DNA from: Steroidobacteraceae bacterium
GTDB taxonomy: Bacteria; Pseudomonadota; Gammaproteobacteria; Steroidobacterales; Steroidobacteraceae
Reading direction: 5' to 3'
NCBI GenBank assembly: GCA_035569355.1
Contig: DATMNF010000145.1
Location: 1,645 to 65,644, forward strand
Length of the DNA: 64,000 nucleotides
Below the pieces are notes generated by a model. That model was not told where the DNA came from, searched no databases, and saw only the letters and a program-made list of their open reading frames with translations. The translations under genes and the position numbers were made by a program. The first letter of the stretch is position 1. Every line of letters begins with the position of its first letter. This document shows positions 58,301-64,000 of the stretch, in pieces.

Positions 58301-58830
58301 GAGCCCATCGGGAAGACGTCGATCAGCGAACCGCGGACTGCGAATTCGCCATGCGCGACAACTTGCGTCACGGCGGCATATCCCGCCAACGCCAGTTGCG
58401 CGCGCAGCGCTTCGAGATCGAGAGTTTCGCCGACGTGAACTTTGAGGGAGTACGCCTCGATGTAGCTTCGAGGCGCCAATCGCTGCAACAGGGTGTCGAC
58501 GGCGACCAGCCGGACGCCGTGCCGCGCGCGGGGGAGTTCGGCCAATGTGGCGAGCCGAGCCGAGGTGATATCGGGGTGCGCAGAGAAACCGTCGTAGGGC
58601 AGTGTCTCCAAATCGGCAAACACCCGCACCGTCAACCCGGGGCCGGTAAAGAAGCGAATCTCGTCGCTGAGCGCTTCCGCCTCGCGCGAACTCTGCGCGA
58701 TGACGATGAGGGGCCCGGGCGAGCGCGCCGCCGCCTCGGCGATGGCGAGTGCGCCTGCTGCGCCATAGAGCTTGCCCCATTTGACGACGGGTGCATCGGA
58801 ACCGGGCAGTAGGGGTTCGAGTAAGGACAT
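55387..58830 (-). CDS. mfd: transcription-repair coupling factor Mfd
   Basis: 1147 aa with a UvrB-homology N-terminus, a CarD/RID domain (H..YG.G.Y.GL), SF2 helicase motifs (CGDVGFGKTEVA, DEEHRFGV, TATPIPRT, QLRGRVGR) and a TRG/C-terminal domain. Confidence 0.95.
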   Translation of the reverse strand: MSLLEPLLPGSDAPVVKWGKLYGAAGALAIAEAAARSPGPLIVIAQSSREAEALSDEIRFFTGPGLTVRVFADLETLPYDGFSAHPDITSARLATLAELPRARHGVRLVAVDTLLQRLAPRSYIEAYSLKVHVGETLDLEALRAQLALAGYAAVTQVVAHGEFAVRGSLIDVFPMGSDTPYRIDMLDRDVDSIRHFDPDTQRSLDKLDRIQLLPARETPLNPEAVREFRRRYRLRFTGDLSEQAIYRDVSAGIAPGGIEFFLPLFFDRTSHLFEYLPPDSVLVDINDAISRAEGLWNGIVERHEQLRHDRHRPILDPAEVYLTPDEFEAAYAGWRKVQLHTFEWPPQTEGPTQNFPSAAPAAVRIDPRGVEPAAQLAAHIDASPARILLAAESAGRRELLLDLLRSRDIQPKIFDNFASFVASSLKLGITVSGAVSGMRLDAPALEILTEAQLFGDRARQERRRRRAERDPAKILKELSDLHIGAPVVHESYGVGRYVGLKTMDVAGYTGEFLVLDYADGDKLYVPVQALHLVSRYTGAPAETAPLHKLGGEQWQKARRKAAQRIRDVAAELLDLYSRRAARQGTQMLAGEAEYRAFQAGFPFEETADQAAAIEQVLSGLKSDKPMDRVICGDVGFGKTEVALRAAFVAVQAGKQVAVLVPTTLLAQQHHTTFVDRFADWPVRIESLSRFRSNKDAEGILAGIAAGTIDIVIATQRLLQGKVRFKDLGLVVIDEEHRFGVRDKEKLKALRTEVDVLTLTATPIPRTLNMALGGLRDLSLITTPPAERLAVKTFVLEWNETVIREAALREIRRGGQIYFVHNTIETIEKTAQAVRKLVPEANVAVGHGQMRERDLEQLMLDFYHRRFNVLVCTTIIESGIDVPTANTIVIDRADRFGLAQIHQLRGRVGRSHHRAYAYLITPPRKSMTADAVKRLEALESLEELGAGFTLATHDLEIRGAGELLGDEQSGQIQEIGYNLYMELLERAVSALKSGKQPDLERPLDAGPEVELHLPMLIPEDYVPDVHLRLVLYKRIASSPSYEELDELKVEMIDRFGPMPEYAQSLFRAARLKLRAAELGIRKIDAGANTGYFLFQEANRVDPKRVLKLVQGKPKEYRLDGPLKLRFAHDARTEEKLFTRVEQLVEQLS

Positions 58831-58916
58831 CGGACTTTCGGGGCAAAAAGGAATAGACGCCCGCCGCGAACGAGTCGCGGGGGCTTGCAACAGGGTTAGA
58901 TCTTACGCGATTTGAT

Positions 58917-59192
58917 TTAAGAGTTCGCGACGACGCTGTGGATCACGTGCTCGAATTCGAAATAGACGACGAATCCTGGATACTCCCAGCGCGAGATCGG
59001 CGGCTTGCCGACGGCAGGCACCTTTGTGGCCGGAGCTCCGAACTTCATCGTGACTTGGTCCATCGTCATACCGCGAGTCGGCGTCGCTACATCCGATTCC
59101 TTGACCGCAATGCCGTTGTCGATAGCGATGGTTTCGGCCTGCGCGAGGCCGCTGGCGAGCACTGCCGCAAGCAGTAGGTTTCGATACCTCAT
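58917..59192 (-). CDS. hypothetical small secreted protein
   Basis: MRYRNLLLAAVLASGLAQA-ET signal peptide, about 91 aa, native codon usage. No recognised domain. Confidence 0.55.
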   Translation of the reverse strand: MRYRNLLLAAVLASGLAQAETIAIDNGIAVKESDVATPTRGMTMDQVTMKFGAPATKVPAVGKPPISRWEYPGFVVYFEFEHVIHSVVANS

Positions 59193-59325
59193 GGCGCACC
59201 TCATTGTTAACCCCTACATTTGAGAAACATTCGTCCCCTCAAGACTATAGCATTGCCCCGGGGGGCAAATAGTTGATCCAATTAACACTCTGATTACATT
59301 GTTATTTGTGGTTTAATCGCCGCGC

Positions 59326-60573
59326 ATGTTCCAGCCCCTTCCAGTTTTTGTGGGCCTGCGGTATTCGCTGGCCCGCGAGCACAGTTTTTTCGTGTCATTC
59401 ATCACCTGGGTCTCGCTCGTCGGGGTGGCGCTCGGCGTGGCCGCGTTGATCACGGTGTTGTCGGTCATGAACGGACTGGAGTCCGAATTGCGCACACGCC
59501 TCCTGAGCCTCACCGCGCACGCGAGTTTGAACGCGGCGGGCGCTCCGATCGGGGACTGGCGAAGCCGCATTGAGCAATTGCAGGGGGCGCCGGGGCTGGT
59601 GGGCGCGGCCCCATTCCTGGATACCGATGCGATGTTGAGCCGGCCGCCCGCGATGAGCGGCGCCATCGTCCGCGGCATCGATCCGAAGCTCGAGACGCAA
59701 GTGTCCTCCATTGGGGATGCGATGCGCGAAGGCAAGCTCGGCGACCTGGAACCCAACACCAATCGGATCATCCTCGGCCGCGTGCTTGCCTACCAGCTGC
59801 AAGTGGGCGTGGGCGATGAAGTCACGGTCATGATCCCCGGCAATGCCGCCTCGTCCTCCGATGCGCTCGTGCCGCGTCTGCGGGACTTTCGCGTGGTGGG
59901 GATTTTCGAGGTCGGGCTGCAGGAGCACGACAGCGTACTGGCGCTCGTCAATCTCGAGGACGCCGAGGCGTTTCGCGGCCTCGACGGCCCGACCGGCATC
60001 CGCCTCAAATTCTACGATGTCCTGAAGGCGCCGCAGCTGGCGCGAAGCGCCGCCGCACGACTCGCGCCGGGTCTCGAGGTGCGCGACTGGACGCAGGACA
60101 ACGAGGCATACTTTCGCGCCATACGCATCGAAAAGACCATGATGGGTTTGATCCTGATGCTCATCGTCGCCGTTGCGGTGTTCAACATCGTGGCGACACT
60201 CGTCATGGTCGTGAACGACAAGCGCACGGACATCGCGATCCTGCGCACTGTCGGTTTGAGCCCCCGAGGCATTATCGCGGTGTTCATGACGCAGGGCGTG
60301 CTCATCGGCTGGATCGGCGCCGGCGTCGGTGTGGCGCTCGGTCTGGCCCTCGCCTGCAACGTAGATGTCATCGTGCCTTTCCTCGAGCAATCCCTCGGCT
60401 TTCATTTCATGGACCCCGATGTGTACTACATATCGGGCCTGCCGAGCGAGGTGCACGGCGGCGACGTGGCGAGGATCGCCATGGCCGCATTGCTTCTCAC
60501 CTTCGTCGCGACCGTGTATCCGGCCCTGCAAGCGGCGCGCACTCAACCCGCCGAAGCGCTGCGGTACGAGTGA
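59326..60573 (+). CDS. lolC: lipoprotein-releasing ABC transporter permease (LolC/E family)
   Basis: P.FVGLRY........F.SFI...S..GVALGV.ALI.VLSVMNG.E, a periplasmic MacB-like loop, a C-terminal FtsX domain and ..P...AA...P.EALRYE. Confidence 0.87.
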   Translation: MFQPLPVFVGLRYSLAREHSFFVSFITWVSLVGVALGVAALITVLSVMNGLESELRTRLLSLTAHASLNAAGAPIGDWRSRIEQLQGAPGLVGAAPFLDTDAMLSRPPAMSGAIVRGIDPKLETQVSSIGDAMREGKLGDLEPNTNRIILGRVLAYQLQVGVGDEVTVMIPGNAASSSDALVPRLRDFRVVGIFEVGLQEHDSVLALVNLEDAEAFRGLDGPTGIRLKFYDVLKAPQLARSAAARLAPGLEVRDWTQDNEAYFRAIRIEKTMMGLILMLIVAVAVFNIVATLVMVVNDKRTDIAILRTVGLSPRGIIAVFMTQGVLIGWIGAGVGVALGLALACNVDVIVPFLEQSLGFHFMDPDVYYISGLPSEVHGGDVARIAMAALLLTFVATVYPALQAARTQPAEALRYE

Positions 60574-61820
60574 TGTCCTACTGGTACGAAGGATTCATCG
60601 GATTGCGGTATTTGCGCGCTTCTCCCAAGCGCGGCTCGCTGTCGTTGATCGCAGGCATCGCGATACTCGGCTTGAGCCTCGGGGTCGCCGTATTGATCGT
60701 GGTGCTGTCGGTCATGAACGGCTTCGAAGATGTGCTGCGAACGCGAATCTTGAGCCTGACGGCACACGCGACGATTTCCGGGCTCGAAGGCCGGATCCGA
60801 AACTGGCGTGCCGATCTCGAGAGGCTGGAGCACTTCCCGGGCGTAGCGGGTGCCGCTCCCTATATCGAAGAGCAGGGCATGCTGATCCATGGAGCGCGCT
60901 CGTCGGGCGTTTTGGTGCGCGGCATTTTGCCGGACTCGGAGCGGCGGGTCGTCGATCTGGAACCGCATTTATCGAGTGGTCGACTGAGCGATCTGCAAGC
61001 TGGCAAGTACCGCGTCATACTGGGGTCGGCCCTGGCCGGGGAACTCGGCGCGAAAGTCGGCGATCGCGTGGTGCTGTTGGTGGCATTGGGGGATGTCACC
61101 CCGATCGGAGTGATTCCGCGGATGCGCGCATTCGAGGTGGCCGGCATTCTTTCGATCGGCATGTACGAATATGACCGGCGGATTGCGATCGTCGCCATGC
61201 AAGATGCTGCGAGGCTCTTGCGCATGGGCGATGACGTCACGGGCATCCGGCTGACGCTCGCCGACATGTATGCGGCGCCGCGCCTCTCGCGCGCCGCCGC
61301 AGTCTCGATAGGCGGGGATGTGGAAGTCCAGGATTGGACCAATGAACACGCCAATTTTTTTCGTTCGATCTCGATCACTAAACGGATCCTGTTCTTCATC
61401 TTGTCGCTGATGGTGGCGGTCGCTGCATTCAACATCGTGTCGACCATGGTCATGGTGGTGAAGGACAAGCGGCGCGACATCGCCATTCTGCGCACTTTTG
61501 GGTCTTCGCCGCGCAGCATTTTGACCGTATTCGTCGTGCAAGGCAGCTTGATCGGCCTGCTCGGCATCGGCGCCGGTGTACTGCTCGGCGTATTGATCGC
61601 CGTGAACTTGCAGGATCTCGTGCACGGCCTCGAAGGCGTCGTAGGATTCAAGTTCCTGGATGCGCGCGTGTACTTCATGAGCGACTTGCCGGCCCGCGTG
61701 CGCGCGTCGGACGTAATGCGGATTTGCGGTTTCGCGTTCGTTCTCGCCTGTCTCTCGACGCTATATCCGGCCGCGCGTGCCGCGCGCTTGTTGCCCGCAG
61801 AATCGCTTCGCAACGACTGA
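60570..61820 (+). CDS. lolE: lipoprotein-releasing ABC transporter permease (LolC/E family paralogue)
   Basis: Same architecture as the preceding gene (IGLRYLRA......LS.IAGI...[16 protein letters not shown]). 4-nt overlap with lolC. Confidence 0.85.
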   Translation: MMSYWYEGFIGLRYLRASPKRGSLSLIAGIAILGLSLGVAVLIVVLSVMNGFEDVLRTRILSLTAHATISGLEGRIRNWRADLERLEHFPGVAGAAPYIEEQGMLIHGARSSGVLVRGILPDSERRVVDLEPHLSSGRLSDLQAGKYRVILGSALAGELGAKVGDRVVLLVALGDVTPIGVIPRMRAFEVAGILSIGMYEYDRRIAIVAMQDAARLLRMGDDVTGIRLTLADMYAAPRLSRAAAVSIGGDVEVQDWTNEHANFFRSISITKRILFFILSLMVAVAAFNIVSTMVMVVKDKRRDIAILRTFGSSPRSILTVFVVQGSLIGLLGIGAGVLLGVLIAVNLQDLVHGLEGVVGFKFLDARVYFMSDLPARVRASDVMRICGFAFVLACLSTLYPAARAARLLPAESLRND

Positions 61821-61822
61821 GA

Positions 61823-62548
61823 ATGCAAATGACCTCGAATTCAGATGCGCTGGTGCTCGAAGGAAAGGATCTCGTAAAGGAATTCGTCCAGGGCGACATC
61901 AAGATTCAGGTGCTGCGCGCGGCGTCGATCAGCGTGCGCGCCGGCGAGCGGATCGCCATCGTCGGCGCGTCCGGATCGGGGAAAACGACGCTTTTGCAGC
62001 TGCTGGGAGGACTCGATTTGCCGACGGCCGGCACGGTAGAGATCGCGGGCTCCGCCATGAATCGATTGAACGATGCCGAGCGCGGGTATTTGCGCAATCG
62101 CGCCGTCGGCTTCGTCTATCAATTCCACCATCTTCTCCCGGAGTTCACGGCGCTCGAGAATGTCGCAATGCCGCTGCTGGTGCGGCGAATGAATCCGCGC
62201 GCTGCGGCAGAACGGGCGAGCGCGCTATTGGCGAGAGTCGGTCTCGCCGAACGCCTCACGCATCGCCCGTCCCAGCTCTCCGGGGGCGAACGGCAGCGCG
62301 CTGCGGTGGCTCGCGCTCTCGTCACCCAGCCCATGCTGGTGTTGGCCGACGAGCCCACGGGTAATCTGGACGGCGCGAATGCGGCTCAGGTATTCGAATT
62401 GATGCTGGAACTCAATCGTGAACTCGGCACGAGTCTCGTCATCGTGACCCACGATGAGCGGCTGGCGGCGCGCCTCGATCGCGTGCTGCTTCTTGCGGAC
62501 GGAATTCTAGTCGAGCGCGGCGCCGCGCGCGGTGCCGCGGCCGTTTGA
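61823..62548 (+). CDS. lolD: lipoprotein-releasing ABC transporter ATP-binding protein
   Basis: Walker [13 protein letters not shown]-loop, signature LSGGERQR, Walker [13 protein letters not shown] and H-loop THD. Confidence 0.92.
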   Translation: MQMTSNSDALVLEGKDLVKEFVQGDIKIQVLRAASISVRAGERIAIVGASGSGKTTLLQLLGGLDLPTAGTVEIAGSAMNRLNDAERGYLRNRAVGFVYQFHHLLPEFTALENVAMPLLVRRMNPRAAAERASALLARVGLAERLTHRPSQLSGGERQRAAVARALVTQPMLVLADEPTGNLDGANAAQVFELMLELNRELGTSLVIVTHDERLAARLDRVLLLADGILVERGAARGAAAV

Positions 62549-63061
62549 GCGGGCGCGCCGGCGCCGCAGCTGATAGAGAACCCTGACCCGCCAAGCGCAT
62601 TGCGCCAGCACGTAGCCGCATCCGGCTGCGATCAATCCCAGAACCAACGCTCCGAGCAGCAAGGGTCCCCACAGTTGATGGACTTGCGCCCCTAGGTGCC
62701 GGTGCTTCAGTTCGTGCAAGAACGGCATCAAATCCATCCCCATCAGTTTGGTCCCGACCCAGATCGAGCCCACCACCTGCGGCAGCCATGTGAAAGGATT
62801 GCTCACGAATACGGTGGCGAACAGCACCGGCAGGTTCAACCGAAATATCACCCCCAGTATGACGCAAGTCACGAGATGCACGGGCAGCGGTGAGGGCGGA
62901 ATAAAGGCGATGAACAGGCCCAGTGCGAATGCCCGCGTGACGCTGCGGCGGTTGAACGTCCAACATCCGCGATCGAGCACGAGGGCCTTAAAAGGCCTCA
63001 AACACCAGAGTTTCTCCAGTGTGTGGCGGTCCGGTGTGATGCGTTTTAGCCAGCGTTGCAT
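62507..63061 (-). CDS. DUF2062-domain membrane protein
   Basis: WLKR..PD...L......LRPF......D...W...RRSV.RA.A.GLF.AF.P.P.....H........ is typical of DUF2062. Start set at MQRWLKR. The 3' end overlaps the lolD 3' end by 42 nt (convergent). Confidence 0.68.
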   Translation of the reverse strand: MQRWLKRITPDRHTLEKLWCLRPFKALVLDRGCWTFNRRSVTRAFALGLFIAFIPPSPLPVHLVTCVILGVIFRLNLPVLFATVFVSNPFTWLPQVVGSIWVGTKLMGMDLMPFLHELKHRHLGAQVHQLWGPLLLGALVLGLIAAGCGYVLAQCAWRVRVLYQLRRRRARSNGRGTARGAALD

Positions 63062-63231
63062 GAACGGCGATTGACTCCCACGAGGCGGCATTATGCCGTT
63101 TTCAGAGGCTCGCAACAGTGATCCACGACCATTCCGCAAATCAACGAGTTAGGCTCAGGGCGATGCCGGTATCTCAACCGTCGGCGGTCAAGTATCATGC
63201 CGGGGCTTTAGACACAACCTAAGAGGACGCA

Positions 63232-63855
63232 ATGTGGGAGATCATCCGCGCAGGCGGCGGCTTCATGTGGCCGATCATTTTATGTTCCATCGCGGCGGTG
63301 GCTATCATATTGGAGCGGCTATGGACTCTGCAAAGCAGCCGCGTGATACCGCGCGACCTGTCGCAAAAGGTCTGGAACTGGATCGAAGCCGACCAGCTCA
63401 GCGACAAACTGGTGGTTGCTCTGGAGCAGAATTCGCCGCTCGGCAAGCTCCTGGCCATCGGACTCGCCAATCGCAATAGGCCGCGCGCGTTGATGGTGGA
63501 ACGGCTGGAGGACGGCGGCCGGCACGTGGTGCACGAATTGGAGCGTTTTCTGAACACCCTGGGCACGATTGCCGCGGTCGCACCGCTGCTTGGTCTGCTT
63601 GGCACCGTCGCGGGCATCATTCACGCGTTCAATGCGATCACCGCCAACGGCATCGGCGATCCGAGGATATTGTCCGGCGGTATCGGCGAAGCGCTCATCA
63701 CGACGGCGGCGGGATTGACGGTCGCGATTCCTTCGCTGATCGCCTATCGTTTTCTGCGCGGTAAAGTCGAGCGGTTGGTCGTGAGCATGGAAAAAGAGGC
63801 CATGAAGCTCGTCGACGCGCTGGACGAGCGCGGCAAGCTGATTGCGGCGCGCTGA
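63232..63855 (+). CDS. exbB: MotA/TolQ/ExbB-family proton channel protein
   Basis: GG..MWPI..CS..A.AI..ER and LGTIA..APLLGLLGTV.G.I..F......G, followed by an ExbD gene. Confidence 0.85.
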   Translation: MWEIIRAGGGFMWPIILCSIAAVAIILERLWTLQSSRVIPRDLSQKVWNWIEADQLSDKLVVALEQNSPLGKLLAIGLANRNRPRALMVERLEDGGRHVVHELERFLNTLGTIAAVAPLLGLLGTVAGIIHAFNAITANGIGDPRILSGGIGEALITTAAGLTVAIPSLIAYRFLRGKVERLVVSMEKEAMKLVDALDERGKLIAAR

Positions 63856-63856
63856 A

Positions 63857-64000
63857 ATGAACCTGCGCCCCCGCCACCGCGATGACCCGGAAATCAATTT
63901 GATTTCGATGATCGACGTGCTGCTGGTGCTGTTGATCTTTTTCATGGTCTCGACCACGTTCAATCAAGAAGGCCGCGTCAAGGTTCAGTTGCCCGAGGCG
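63857..64000 (+). CDS. exbD: ExbD/TolR-family biopolymer transport protein, 3' end cut by window edge
   Basis: MNLRPR.R.DPEINL.SMIDVLLVLLIFFMV..TF is the canonical ExbD N-terminus. Open to the end of the window. Confidence 0.8.
   Translation, partial: MNLRPRHRDDPEINLISMIDVLLVLLIFFMVSTTFNQEGRVKVQLPEA

Noticed and set aside
55930-58812. 960-aa plus-strand ORF
   Set aside because: Fully antisense to mfd, whose translation carries unmistakable helicase and CarD motifs. The antisense product is low-complexity (Arg/Ala/Gly/Asp-rich) with no motifs. Long open antisense frames are expected in high-GC3 genes.
59253-59268. TTGCCCCGGGGGGCAA quasi-palindrome between the small secreted-protein gene and lolC
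   Set aside because: Imperfect (C4G6), with essentially no loop. It could be a chance GC run in a divergent promoter region, and nothing links it to a known operator.

Overview
GC-rich (roughly two-thirds G+C by eye) chromosomal window, gene-dense and almost entirely core housekeeping. Gene content and order point to a Gammaproteobacterium with Xanthomonadales/Nevskiales-like synteny; this placement is inference from protein motifs and gene order only. Recognisable conserved blocks: (1) kdsA-eno-ftsB-ispDF-truD ... surE-pcm-nlpD. (2) recJ. (3) phasin-thiolase / acs. (4) prfB (programmed +1 frameshift)-lysS-murI. (5) ygfZ <> DUF1674-sdhCDAB-sdhE. (6) rpoE-rseA-rseB-(grx-like)-lepA-lepB-DUF4845-rnc-era-recO-pdxJ-acpS. 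(7) rlmD-nagZ. (8) mfd. (9) lolC-lolE-lolD. (10) exbB-exbD. I found no rRNA, tRNA, CRISPR array, transposase, integrase or phage gene, and no obvious defence island. The many long ORFs antisense to real genes and the Arg/Pro-rich alternate-frame ORFs in the track are high-GC artefacts. I see no clear novel multi-gene system. The less ordinary parts are: (a) a PAS domain of LOV type with Cys replaced by Pro, fused to a degenerate GGDEF that keeps an RxxD site, translationally coupled to nagZ. (b) An accessory cluster at about 48-55 kb: PuuE-type deacetylase, NAD-epimerase, M20 amidohydrolase, two SDRs, an MFS transporter and DUF938. (c) A glutaredoxin-like ORF in the rseC slot that appears to need a CTG start. 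(d) An AT-rich orphan spacer between convergent genes downstream of nlpD. (e) A Tat-signal HD-domain protein. (f) An ECF sigma/FecR/TonB-transducer module. (g) A fused ispDF. All functional calls rest on motif recognition by eye and on synteny; no database search was run.
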